Assembly: GCA_000826855.1 (NCBI GenBank)
Contig: JTLS01000001.1
Span: forward strand, 62,001-97,325
Origin: Basidioascus undulatus
Lineage: Eukaryota
DNA: 35,325 nucleotides
Direction: 5' to 3'
In this document: positions 10,951-23,135 of the stretch, piece by piece
Position numbering within the stretch: position 1 is the first letter of the stretch
Layout of the letters: the number at the start of each line of letters is the position of its first letter
Position numbers and translations under genes: made by a program
The notes under the pieces: generated by a model
What the model saw: only the letters and a program-made list of their open reading frames with translations
Database searches by the model: none
Told to the model about the DNA's origin: nothing

Positions 10951-12793
10951 CTGCCCAGGGGAACCGTCAGACTGCCGCGTACAAGCGCCACGCAGCACCG
11001 AACGGCACTCATCTCGCCATGCCCCTCCTTTCTGGTTCCATAGCTCCCAGGTGAACATACGCTCACCGTCAGACATAGTATAACTACCAAAAAGAAGTTG
11101 AGAGGAATAGGGAGGGACTGACTTTTTGAGGCGGAGATGGAAAGAAGGGAAGGCCTGGGAAGCACCACGCTGCTCAACGACAACTTGATCATGTCCCGCA
11201 GTCGGGGTCCGAGCTGAAGGCACACGAACTGGCTCGTGTGTGGCGGGAAAAGAGAGGAGGGTCTTGCAGAAGTCGATAAAGGGTATGTAGGGATACATAC
11301 TTTGCGATGCTGCGTCGAGAGAAATCTTGTACTTTCACAGGTACAGACGTCTCGGAAGTTAACATTGGCTGAACACAAATAGGTAGGTAGACTACAATAA
11401 AGGGGACTAGGGTGTACATCCTGGAAAGCATGGCAGCGGCTGCCAAGTCGACCATTCGCTCGCTCCCGATTCCGGGTTCAGACGCTGCTCTGCAAAAAAC
11501 CACCGCGCCTGTGCATATTGCGTGATGCCTGTCAACCAAAGATAAGTGTCATTCCTGGAGGGTTTCCTTGTCAAAGAGCTTATGAAACAAGTGAATATCC
11601 CGACAGACAAGGCCTCCGGGAACGAATGCAAAAGGTGTGAATATGGATGTGTAGCTTCCCAGCTCTTCGAGAGCAGCTTTGAACACTGGTATTGGGATGA
11701 ATGATGGTAGGTTTGGGGATAACGTACGACTTTGTGGCTGTTCTTCGAAGTTCTTCAGGTTCCGAGCCGACGTAGCGGTAAGACCACTTCCGTTGGGGCG
11801 CTCATCCGATGGCCTGGCCGTTTGACGTGACTGGACTTGATATTTTAATGCAGACCTCCACAGCGAGATTTGTTGATTTTTTACCATTATTTTTGGTAAA
11901 ATAGGTTGCAGTAGGTACAGACCTAAGTTCCTATCGATGGATCAACTTCCTATAACTCGGCACTTGCGTAGCTTGCCATGGCAACAATTCACTGCGTTTC
12001 GAGTACTGCATTTCTTGATCTCCCACTCCAGCTACCTATAAATTCAGGTTTAAAAAAAATTCTTCTCTTCCCCCTTCAGCTCTCCGTAGCCCTTCAAGGG
12101 TTTGGCCTCATGCGTAAAGTCGATCAGTCAAGCGGCTGTGCTGACCACCGATTGTTCACAACCGAGTGGCCTGTTACGTCCCGCCTGCACGGTCGCAGTG
12201 CTACTGCAGCAACAGCATGTAAGGGGGCTATAAAGTATGAAAGTTAGCACCGGAGGTTCCGGTGCTTCAGGCTGTCAGGTACACTACATCCACATCCTCA
12301 ACCCACGTCCTTGACTGGCAAAGGGCGCCGCGGCAACAAGACAAGCTTCCCAACCCATCCAATTCTACCTACCGTGCAGCCTCCGATGACGACACGCTCT
12401 CCCCTTTCAGAATCAATCAGTCCTCTCACCTGCCATGCACTCATAGTGACCTGAACGCTGTGCCCTCGAGTCGCAGTCTTTCAAGCTCCGGGGACTTCCA
12501 CGACTGGGACTTTCGACGTCGTCCGGCCGGCATGTGCATGCATTTTCACAATGCGCATGCAAGTACACTCATGAAAGTGCACACGGATGGTGCTCAATCT
12601 GTCCTGCAGAATACACAGAGAAAAAATAAGAGGAAAACTGGAGAAACATGTGGAGGAGGTGGAGGCGTATCGACGATCGCGATGATGCCGTCAGAGTCTC
12701 GCTGAACCGCCCTCTCCCGCCTGGTCTTCCTCGAGAAGCGACATGGAGTCTCTCCCTACTGCTCACCTTCCGAACTTTTCAGCTACTATCAGA

Positions 12794-14480
12794 ATGCCTA
12801 TCCCTCAGCGCTCGCTCGGAGGGGATGCGAAGGACGTTCGCGTAGGCGCCATCGGCCATGGTCTCATGCTCCTGACGTGCGGGCCCTTCCTACCCGTTGA
12901 TCCGTCCGTTCGCGTACTGATCTATGTCGGACAAACAGTTGGAAGCCTGAGCCGCACACGTATGTACTCATCTTCAATCTCTCTCGCTCCTCTAGGCGCG
13001 TCGCTGATCCTGCGGGAGCGGGCAGCCCGGATGATGAGGCCTTCGAGTCCATGATTGCCGCGCTTGAGGTGAGTTCTCTCCTTCGTTTTCAGCCATAGGC
13101 TCTGAAGAATTTAGACCTCATCCCCTTCTTCCACAGGCGGGAGCCAACTTCTGGAACTCGGGCGAGTTCTATGGCCAGCCGGACCCGAACGCGAACCTCA
13201 AGCTCCTCGCGCGTTTCTTCAAGAAGTACCCGCACTTGGCGGACAAAGTTGTACTCTCTGTCAAGGGCGGCCTGAAGGTTGGGCAGCTCGCTCCAGACAG
13301 CAGGTACAATTCTCATTCTACCTTCTCATCCCCTGATCCATCCCGAGGCTCACATCGGGTGGGGATCGTAGCGAGGAGAACCTTCGGCGCAGCATTGACC
13401 GCATCAACGAGGTTCTGGAGGGTACCAAGACTGTTGACCTGTTTGAGGTGGGTGCAACGCGGCTGCTGCTCATTTGGATGCTGACGCGCTTTGCGGCAGC
13501 CCGCTCGGCTGGACGCCAGCCGGCCGATCGAGGACACCATCAAGATCCTTGCCAAGCTCCAGAAGGAGGGCAAGTTCAAGCACATCTCGCTCTCGGAGGT
13601 TTCCGCAAAGACTTTGAAGACTGCTCTGTCTGTGCGTAATACTTATCTCTCCTTCAGTGCCCAGGTCGTCTTCTTATTGACCGGAAGTGATAGATTACCC
13701 CCATTGCCGCCGTGGAGATCGAGCTCTCGCCGTGGTCGCTGGAGCCTGAGGCGCTGGAGGTGGTGAAGGTCGCAGAGGAGAGCAACGTTGGTGAGTTGAT
13801 CAAAGGCGCGTGCGGTACAAGATGTGTGGTTAACGTGGCTTCCGCAATTCCCAGCTGTCATCGCTTACAGGTTTGGCATTCGTGTCTTCGTCCTTGACCT
13901 CTTGGAGTCTGCCTGCTCACAAACTTGAATGACAGCCCCCTTGGACGTGGTATGCTGACGGGAAGGCTGCGGTCCCGCGCGGACATTCCCGAGGGCGATT
14001 GGCGCCTGCACATGCCTCGCTTCTCCAGGGAGGTGCGTCTTATCTTGCCTTGGCCTCCTCATACCAGTTTAGAGGTCCAGTCTTCACTAGTCCTCTGCAT
14101 GACTCCCTATCTCAGAACTTCACCCACAACCTCGAGCTCGTCGATGCAATCCAGAAGCTGGCGAACAAGAAGGGCGTGACGAGCGCGCAGTTCGTCCTCG
14201 CCTGGCTGCTCCGCTTCTCGCCCGTCGTCATCCCCATTCCCGGCTCGAGCCACAAGACGCGCACACACGAGAACATCAAGGGCGCGGAGGTCCAGATCAC
14301 GGAGGAGGACGACAAGGCGATTAAGGACGTGCTCGCTCGCTTCACGACCAAGGTTCGTGGAATGTGCTGCGAACGTATGGCCCCCTGACGCGGCCTTATG
14401 GCTGACCTCTGGCTCTGAGCATCAATTGGAAACAGGGCGGCCGCTACCCGGATGCGGCAACACCCACTCTCATGGTCTGA
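12794..14480 (+). CDS. Aldo-keto reductase, pyridoxal reductase (AKR8/plr1/YPR127W)-like, 11 exons
   Basis: [12 protein letters not shown]...[13 protein letters not shown]...KVVLSVKGG...DLFEPARLD...ISLSEVS...AVEIELSPW...[12 protein letters not shown]...IPIPGSS...GGRYP; all introns GT-AG; TGA at 14478-14480. Confidence 0.9.
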
Positions 14481-15115
14481 GCCTCCTGGGTCTTAAGAGT
14501 CGGAGAAGACGTACATCATAGATGGACTTGAGCAGATGCCTTTTCGCATGTGTACCGGATGGATCGATTCAATTGATAGGATTTGATGGGTCTGCAGAGG
14601 TTGCTGTCGGCATAACTTAGGTAGGCTATTGACCGCCGTGGTCACAATGCGCGGCAGTTGACTTTGTGCTGCGCTCTGAGGCTTCAGACCGGGGTCGCAC
14701 TGCTTAGGCTATGTTCAAGGATTTGAACTTATGGATATAGAATGGAGAGAACCAGATTTTGTATTTCTTTGCTGTATTGTGAATCGTTCGCTCGATGCAG
14801 CCAGGAAGCAGCACACGGAGGGTACAGCTCGGCCAAGGCCAGGCGGCTATCGCCCACATCACTCCCGTGTACCGCCTGTGGGTTTTCACAGTAATCTTCA
14901 TGTTCATCCAAATTTGTCTACGTTATAAGACGGTCCAGTAGAAGGCTTTTATAGCTATCGTGCTGGCGCAATGCCTGGCGAGTAGGAACTATGACGTAAC
15001 ATTGCAAGCCTCGTTGCCCGACTTCGCTGGGTCGCGTCCCTTCTGCGCTCCTCCTTCCCCTTCCCTTTCGATTCGCTCTCACCCCTAACACCTCTACACT
15101 CTCTCATAACGCACA

Positions 15116-16047
15116 ATGGCTACCCTAGCACTCCGCCGACTACCCCAATGCGCGTCCGTTACGCGCGCCCTGCCAGCGCGCCCTGCAACGCGCCTCTTCT
15201 CGTCGGTCTCCCCCATCGCTCCAGCACGGCCGTTCCGCGGCCAGCGGTTCCTCGCGTTAGGTATGGGAACTGGTGTGGTAGCAGGTGGAGTGATGGGGTT
15301 TCAGTCGAACAAGACTGTGCACTGTCAAGGTGAGCCCGGTACCATCAGGCTATCGGAACGCTGCTCATTAAGGGTTGTTTGTGGCAGAGGTCGTCCGGAC
15401 TCCGTTTGAGCCGATCGAGCCCGTTCCTGAGGCGGAGCTCAGGCAACCTCAATCTATTGTGAATGTGAAGGAGTTGACGTTCGGCACAGGTATGTCTCTT
15501 GTCGGTCCTACGGCTGAGCTGTGGGAGCACGCTGACCATGTTGTTCTTGCAGTTGCTGGAATCTGTGCGTTTAAGCGGCACCTGAAAGTAGGCGAATGAC
15601 TTAAAATTCCCGCGTTTTTGCAGGTGCCGGTGTCTTTATCAAGAAGGGAGCGAGGGCACTGGCGTTCCTCCTCGGCGCCGCATTCGTCTTCCTGCAGGTG
15701 AGCGCCGCGCTGGCTGATCGAGACTTGGATCAGTGAGCTGACGCGTTGTAATACCGCCACGCAGTACTTGAAGTCACAGGGCCTCATCGCTGTCCAATGG
15801 GGTGAGGTCTCCGAGCGGTATGCGGGTGCCGTATCGAAGAACTTCAAGGACACGGCCGGCAAGGTCTCGGTGGAGAGCGTATGGAGCAAGTTGGTAGAGT
15901 GCGTGTTCCCCGTTTCCTCCCGGGATTATCGTCTGCTCGAGTGGCCACTGACTCTGAGTGCTCTGTCAACGTAGCTTCCTCACTGCCGACTTCCAGCAGC
16001 GGGCGACCTTCATTGCAGGTCTGGCCCTTGGGCTCAGGATTGGTTGA
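15116..16047 (+). CDS. FUN14: FUN14-domain mitochondrial outer membrane protein, 6 exons
   Basis: Arg/Ala-rich presequence-like N-terminus; SIVNVKELTFGT|VAGIC|AGVFIKKGARALAFLLGAAFVFLQ|YLKSQGLIAVQW...|FLTADFQQRATFIAGLALGLRIG*. Includes a 12-nt exon at 15553-15564. Confidence 0.85.
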
Positions 16048-16440
16048 GTGGAACAGTGCATACCGATCTGGATATGGATAGGGAAGGGCCTGATTTCTAT
16101 ATTATGAAGATGTATTAGATGTATCAGGGTTTATCGCCCGGCAAACAGCCGCGGTTCATGGCACAGGACCTGGTATTGTGGACTTGATCCGACAGTTCCT
16201 ATCCTTCTTTCGGGACTTACAAGGAAACTCCCAAAGCATCTTGAAATGAGGAAAATACTCCTCTCAATCACGGCCACGCAGTCAAAGGTGTGCGTGATAG
16301 CGTGTCAGGACGAAGGTATCCCATATTTGGCGCTCGACCGCTCCCTCGACCGCTCGGCCCTCCCCAAGCGAGCTCCTCGAGCGCCTTCGCGTCCCAACAC
16401 CATCACCACATCCTCGCCTCCTTCTCTTAACTCTCCCAAA

Positions 16441-17413
16441 ATGGGTTACTACGCCTATGCGACGGGCGCCACCCTCTCCATCACCACGCTGGTCGTCCTC
16501 TATCTCGTTCTCACCGGTTCGGCCTGTCCCGCTTCTGCGCCCTCCTGGCATCTGCTGAGCCCCTGACAACCCCCTGCAGGCACCGGCGAAGCGATCAACA
16601 TCGGGCGTTTTCTGGAGGAGAGCAGCCCGTACATGTGGGCGCTGGTGGGCGTTGGGTTGTGTATCGGCTTGAGCGTGGTGGGCGCTGGATGGTGAGTCCG
16701 CCAGGTCACGGTCATGATCGGCAGGTGCGCTGGGCCCGGAAGCTGAGCAGTAGGGGCGGGCGGTCGCACTGCGCAGGGGTATCTTCATCACGGGCTCTTC
16801 CATTCTGGGTGGTGGTGTCCGCGCTCCCCGAATCCGCACGAAGAACCTTATCAGGTGCGTTCTCAACCGCACCCTCTCAGGCGCGACCCACATCCCCCCC
16901 ACTCACCCTGCCGCCCGCCGAGCCAGTATCATCTTCTGCGAAGTCGTCGCCATCTACGGTGTCATCATGGCGATTGTCTTCTCCTCCAGGATCCAGGGCG
17001 TCGCGCCCGACGCGCTCTACACGCTGAGCAACTACTACACCGGCTACGCGCTCTTCTGGGGAGGGATCATCGTCGGCCTGTGCAACCTGCTCTGTGGTGT
17101 CGCGGTCGGTGTGACCGGCTCCAACGCTGCCCTCGCGGACGCCGCGGACCCCGGATTGTTTGTCAAGATCCTGATCGTCGAGGTGTTCAGCAGTATCATG
17201 GGACTGTTCGGCCTCATCGGTGGGTCGTGTGGAGCGCTGGTCCTTGAGGTGGGAGATAGAACAGTGCGCTGATCAGGTGCTGCTGGTCCCTTATCGCTGC
17301 AGTCGGTCTGCTTATTGTGCGTCTTTCATTGCCTGCACGATGCCCTAGGCCCCACGCTGACTGGACACGCTGCCCTTTCACAGTCCGGAAAGGCCGAGGA
17401 GTTCTCGGCATAG
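16441..17413 (+). CDS. VMA16: V-ATPase V0 proteolipid subunit c'' (21 kDa), 6 exons
   Basis: [60 protein letters not shown]...[42 protein letters not shown]. Confidence 0.95.
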
Positions 17414-17725
17414 CCCTACCTTATACCGCTTACCTCTGCCCCTTATTTCGTATGGCCTCATACGCATCGACCTCAATGAAATTTCTCTGTATCTTCTGTG
17501 GGAATGGCGTTTCCAAAATGCGCTGTGCCGTGTCTGCTAGCCGCACTGCACGCACAACCTCAACTAGGACATGCCGCACATCTTCCCGCGCACGAGAGTA
17601 ACGCGAGCGGGGACGCTCAGCTGCATGTTCGGGATGCCGTGTCCGCTAACAGACCACAAGCAGCAAGCAGGCCGCAGATGCAGAGCGGTGTTGCAAGTGC
17701 ATCAACATGATCCAATCCGCCCGTC

Positions 17726-18750
17726 CTATGCCCGCCTCGCTGCATCCGCCTTGCGGGCCGCCTCGCGCTCCCGCGTCGCGATAGTCCAGTCGTCCTCCCT
17801 GGGCTTCTTCTCCGCCTTTCCACCCTGCGGCACCTCTGCGGGCGCGTCCTCATCGTCGATCTCTGTTCGAGGGTTGAAGCTCGTGTCAGCTTTGAGGGAC
17901 AAAAATGGTTGAATGGACAATAACGAACCTTCGCCGTAGAACTGTTGAGTCGATGGAAGGTGTTGAGCTCTATGCGGAGATGCGTCGCTAAGAAGGGCAG
18001 ACGACCGACCTCAGGGTGGCGCCGGAAGCAGTCCTGCATCGCCTTGAACTTGTCTACGCAGTCGATGCCCTTCGGCTCCGCTTCAGAATAGACAAAGCAG
18101 GCTGTCGTTAAAGAGATGATGGGTCAGCACCATGCCCGACTGAAGGGAATCAGACACCGCGACGCACAGAACGCGGCCTTGAACTCCTCCCCACACGGCC
18201 CATGCGCCATCCCGCCAAGACACGGGCAATCCCTGCCATCCGTATCCAGCACAATCAGTTTCAACCCAGATTGTACTCTGACTCCACCCGGCCGATCCGA
18301 CTTCAGGACGTACCAGTTGATCTCCCCCGTGATCGGGTTCACCGCCCCCTGGCTAGCAGCGTCCTCATCATCGGCCAGTTCAGGCGCGTTCGCCGCAGAG
18401 GTGTAAGGCGAATCAGACGCAGAGGGCTGGGACTCGTCGGCAGCCTCCTGCGCCTTCTGCTCGATAGCGGAAGGCGCGGGCGAAGAGACAGGGTCGGTGA
18501 GCACTGCTGATGGAGGTCAGCGGGGGAACGCAGGGGCATGGCAACGGGAGATGAACGCACTGGGCCCATCCAGCTTCACATCATTCCAGCTGTTGCTTAG
18601 CGCCCATGCACCGAGAGCAGCCGCGGCTGCAGCGGACGCGAATGCCGCGCCGGACCTGCTCGGCGCGGCGGAGCTGGAGGCGCTCGAGAAGGAGCGCGCA
18701 GCTCGGGCAGAGCGCGCGAGGGAGGAACGCAGAAGAGTGCGAGCGAACAT
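17726..18750 (-). CDS. MIA40: Mitochondrial intermembrane-space import oxidoreductase Mia40, 6 exons
   Basis: Presequence plus hydrophobic anchor; [68 protein letters not shown] contains the CPC motif and twin CX9C. Confidence 0.95.
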
Positions 18751-19157
18751 GAGCCTGGTGTTGAGATGTGTGCGGAGGTAAATGGGAGGACGAGTGTTGG
18801 AAGGACGATCGGTGGAGGGATGAGAGAAGACGCCGGGCTTTTCGGTCGCCGCGTCAGCACGCTGACTGAGCCTACCTAGCTTCTGTAGCCTTCAACTTGC
18901 AACGACTCGTCTGACTTTCTTTTCGAACGTGCAGACAGAACTGCATTCTTAAAGACGTGCTGGGAAAATGTCCACGCAAAAGAAGTAGAAGAACAACGCG
19001 TGCTTGAGTTCAGGTTGAGTCAGGGCTGTCACGGTCGTCTGTCGCGGTCGTCTGCTCATGACTCGTTTTTTTTCCAGCCTGCGACACAGCAGAAGAATCT
19101 TTCGAACAACATTTATCTCACCCTCCTAGAATTTACCAGCATCCCAAACAGACTATC

Positions 19158-19743
19158 ATGGCCTCAACGCCTTCTACACCCGCCCGCCTCGTCCTACTCA
19201 ACGGCTTCCCCGGCGTCGGCAAACTTACCATAGCCCGCCCTACTCCGAGCTCAGTCCTCTTCGATGTTCATCTCATCGTCGACCCTGCTACGGCACTCTA
19301 TCCGTCGCCCCAGCCGCCATCTTCTTTCGCGCACCTCCGCTCCGCGATCCAGGACGCCGTACTGACCCACCTACGCCTGACGCCCGACCCGACAGTCGTG
19401 CCAACGATCTGCTTTTCAGCCGACGAAGTCGGGCGCGCGGAGCCGCACAAATGGCTCGAGACTGGAAGGAGGTTCTCGGGTGGGGTGGTTTGGGTTACAC
19501 TTGGGTGTGGGAAGGAGGAGCTCGTGCGAAAGGCCGTCGAACAGGCAAGAGACGGATAAGAAGCTCAGGGATGAGGCGGTGTTGAGGAAACTGCTGACCG
19601 AGCACGAGATGCCTAAGCCGCAGTCCTTTCCTTCGAGCGAGTTGGAGGGGATAACGTAGGCGGTACGGGGATCTTGATACTTCCGACTTGAGGGCGGAGG
19701 AAACGCTCGAAAGAGTGAAGGCGCTTCTGAGAGTTCGGGTTGA
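19158..19743 (+). pseudogene. Disrupted intronless P-loop nucleotide-kinase-like gene (AAA_33 / chloramphenicol phosphotransferase-like)
   Basis: Walker A LVLLNGFPGVGKLTIAR, then FDVHLIVD and WVTLGCGKEELVRK. The ORF stops at TAA 19557-19559. Family-like segments continue in other frames: KKLRDEAVLRKLL up to TAG 19657-19659, then DLDTSDLRAEETLERV. The 3' boundary is approximate. Confidence 0.7.
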
Positions 19744-20502
19744 TCATGGAATCAAAGACCTTTATGCTAGTGTGTATTGGGTGACTAGAGGCCACATTGC
19801 ATATTCGTCTAAAGCTACGCAACGCGCTGCTGCGCTGAGTCACATAGGCTGCTTGAACCGCTTTTCCAGAGAAAGACATATCGCAGACCGTGCCTTTCTG
19901 GACCGCATCACATATCAGATATAGATAAGAGATAGCGATCCATATTAAAACTGCTAATTTTTCGAACATTCTCAGGAATATGCAGAAGGAGGTTCGTGCG
20001 GGTGAAAGACGATCCAGTGACGAGCACCCGCTTGCAGCTCATAGCAAAGGGAAGTATCTCCTTGAGGACGTTGAGAGGCTGCGTACAGGTTGGAACTGTG
20101 GACCACCCTCCATTTTGGAATGTGAGTGGCGGTTTTTCCTCTGTCTACGAACATATTCTCTGTGCTTGATTCGTGTTGGGCCCTGCACGACCTCTTGACA
20201 TTCTCTCATGCAGGTGGCCGGGCATCGCAAAGTGCTTAGAGTGGAGACAGGCTTGCCGAATCGTCACACCATCTACTGTCTTGGAGACTTTATTCCGTAG
20301 ATTTGAGTTTGTTCGAGGTGTTGAAGAGTGGGCTTTGCAGCCATGTCACTGCGAGCGACCGCATCGGATCATGTCCTGAAAATGCACTTTCAGCGGTATT
20401 GCGTAGGTCCAAAGTCTTGCGATACCTTCCTAGATTCACATCATGGTCACGGTTCTGTAAAGCGGTAATGACTAAAAGTAAGATTGATGCGGTTCTACTA
20501 CG

Positions 20503-20617
20503 ATTCCACTGCTATTCCACTGCTTTTCCACTACTTTTCCACTGCTTTCCCACTGCTTTTCCACTGCTTTCCCACTGCTTTCCCACTGCTATTCCACTGC
20601 TATTCCACTGCTATTCC
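20503..20617. repeat. Minisatellite: 10 full copies plus a partial copy of the 11-bp unit WTYCCACTGCT
   Basis: Read directly: attccactgct x2, tttccactact, tttccactgct, ttcccactgct, tttccactgct, ttcccactgct x2, attccactgct x2, attcc; followed by an AG-rich tract. Confidence 0.95.
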
Positions 20618-20736
20618 GCGAGACGAGAGAGAGAAAGGGAGAGGGGTAAAAAAGTAAAGGGATGTTCAGAAGAGAAAAAGGAAGGGAATGAAAAGCTGGT
20701 AAGAGTCCGTGAAGTGGGCGTCGTCGGACGTGACGC

Positions 20737-22252
20737 TCAGACCGGCGAGAGTACAGGTGCCGGCGAGAGTGCAGGAACAGCGGGGTTCGCTTCCTCGCCG
20801 TCGGTGGAACAACCGGAGCTGGCAGCGCTTCGAATGCCGTCCTGGTCCGTGCTCTCGTCGCTTCCATCGCCTTTGACGGCCTTGATGTAGGTCATCAACA
20901 TGTAGTGTCGACGGTCCGGATCCGTGGCCTCCTCGTGACTGCGTACACCGTTATCAGCCAGCAGAAAGGTGAGCCAAGGTCATGAGAAGGGTCCTCTTAC
21001 GCCGCCCGGAAGAGCTCGTCGATCTCGGACGGGCTCATCTGCAGGTCGGGTTCAATCAATTGACGAACGATCGGCAGCACCTGGCGCCAGGCCGCCAGAG
21101 TGTGCCTCACGACCTCAGCAGGTTCGCCTGTACGGATGTCTCAGCAAGAATAACTTGAAGGCTTCGAAGTATGGGAGAGAAACAAACGGGGTTCGTCCCA
21201 CGAGTGCATAGGCAGCATGGCCTGGTGCTGCTCTACCTCACGTAGAAGGCCGGCGACGGCTGAGAAGTGGACCATGTCGCCGACTGTAGTGGGGGAAAAT
21301 GTCATTTACGAAATATAGACAGATTATCTGAGTCAATAAAAAGGCACCCGTGGTTGAGCAGTGAAAATTTGCCCCGCAGTCGGCGAACGCCTGCGCGACG
21401 GCACGCGCAATGACCACTTGGGCTGGTCCGAGGGTGGCAATGCCAAGTTCCGTTTCGAGAAAGTGCTGTGGCTCAGCGAGAAGAAGTATCCCACCTGGCG
21501 CAAGAACGCGAACCGCCTCGTCGAATGCCTACGTTATTTGTCAGCTGGCAAGGACGAGGGAGTGTATTGAAAGCTGCTTGTGCAACGTGCCTCTTGAGGG
21601 TCCGTCAGAAATCCGAAGACGTTTCTGATGTGAACGATGTCGAAGCGTCCATCTTCAGGTTTTAGTGTCAGCCAATATCTTGTCTGGCCACTCCGTCTCG
21701 ACGCACCAGGATATGGCAATCGGGTGAGGTTCGCGATTTCAAGAGTGCAGTTCGGCGGGGGGGCCCTTCATCATGGCACATATCAATAAAATGACTTTCG
21801 TCAATTGGAAGCTGATCTACCCACCGAGGAGGATTGATCATGTTCATGTCGCAGCCGACAACGGAAAATGTCGGGTACGCCAGTGCGAAATCAATCGCCC
21901 TCCATGGTATCGGAGTGTCAGCCAAACCCTATATCACAATAGATAGATGAATAAACTCGTACCACTTTCCACGATAGGTTCCGGCGTCCAAGACCTGCAC
22001 TGGATGCTCCGGGTGCAGCGCAGCTTGCTGCGAGAGATAGCGTAACCGAGGCCCGATCATCTCAGGCAGATGTGGACCCGGAGGGCTACTCCCGAAGTAA
22101 GAAGCGAGAGCCTCATGATAACCGTCGAACCTACCAGTACGTGCCTCTGCGTCGTCAGCAACGTTGATGGGAGGTTCTATCACTTCAGTCGCGTCACCGA
22201 CGTACCTCGTGGCTGCACGCATACGAAAAACCGTCTCGTTCTCGACTGCCAT
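20737..22252 (-). CDS. Class I SAM-dependent methyltransferase, LaeA-like (Methyltransf_23 type), 8 coding exons
   Basis: Open spliced frame: ...VQVLDAGTYRGKW|AIDFALAYPTFSVVGCDMNMINPPR|APPPNCTLEIANLTRLPYP|DGRFDIVHIRNVFGFLTDPQE|AFDEAVRVLAPGGILLLAEP...|HEEATDPDRRHYMLMTYIKAVK...VLSPV*, with TGA at 20739-20737. The start at ATG 22252 is tentative because upstream splice sites suggest 5' UTR or extra exons. Confidence 0.8.
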
Positions 22253-23135
22253 AATGTCCCCTGGAAGAGAAAGCAAGGTTGCGGAAAATAAGCTTAGAGT
22301 GCGGAAAGAAGGGTAAAGAGCTCGAGTGCTCTGATCTCGCCTTGTTTTTCAAGAGCCACGCGGGCACCGACTGCGACCCGGGAGATGGGGACGACACTGC
22401 CGCTGACAAGTTCTGCGCAAGAGGCGACGAAGCGGAATGAGCGGAATGAGACGGGCAGCTTTGGGCCACTCGACCTCAGGTACTGTACTGTGAAGATGTA
22501 TAGGACGGGAGATCAAGCAGTTCAACGTCCACGCCGACGTTGCGCGGTCCGCAACGGGATTTTGAGGACTCACTCCACGGATTTAGCGTCAACAGTCATC
22601 TATCAGACAAAACCCTTGTCTTTATAACGCGTTGCCCAGACATTCTTATCAGATTGGACCAAGGATCAAGACGGTGAAGCCGTGTGTCCGCTGTGGAGTG
22701 TGACCGTGTAAACTCACGACTCGTTCGCTGCATAGAAACAACGCAGTCATGCCGACGACTGCGTACCATACCGACCTTGCCCCAATGATTGAGATCCGCG
22801 GCGGCTCCCCCGGCCGTCTCATGGTGTTGCGGTCTTCGGAGGATGCAGTGGCAGCACGCACGCTTGCGCACGTGACACTCGAGCGCAGTCAAGCGCGAGC
22901 CCTTGCCCCGTCACTGCTTGTCGCCAGGTTTTCGGTATTTGCATTTCGTTTCATGTGGATCCTTGCTGGCAGATACGACGGAAAGCGACCGCGGTTGACG
23001 GCAGCGTACGCTAGGCAGGGAGTTTCCTCGACCTTTCATCGTCTTGACCGAAGGCTCTCACTCATGCACGCCAAAGACTGAACAAGATAACCATGCATCG
23101 GCAGACCAACACAAAACGGAGGAAACACAGAATAC

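Noticed and set aside
10774..11551. TGA recoding (Trp/Sec) suggested by in-frame TGAs
   Set aside because: Intact genes here use TGA as a normal stop, and the TGAs occur only in regions that look decayed or lack a supported gene.
14500..15000. Small minus-strand ORFs between the AKR and FUN14 genes
   Set aside because: No recognisable homology or convincing splice structure.
19750..20500. Short ORFs in lower-GC DNA as a transposon
   Set aside because: No transposase or RT motifs or terminal repeats could be identified by eye.
20503..20617. CRISPR-like or telomeric array
   Set aside because: Units are 11 bp with no spacers, the context is eukaryotic, and the unit is not TTAGGG-like.
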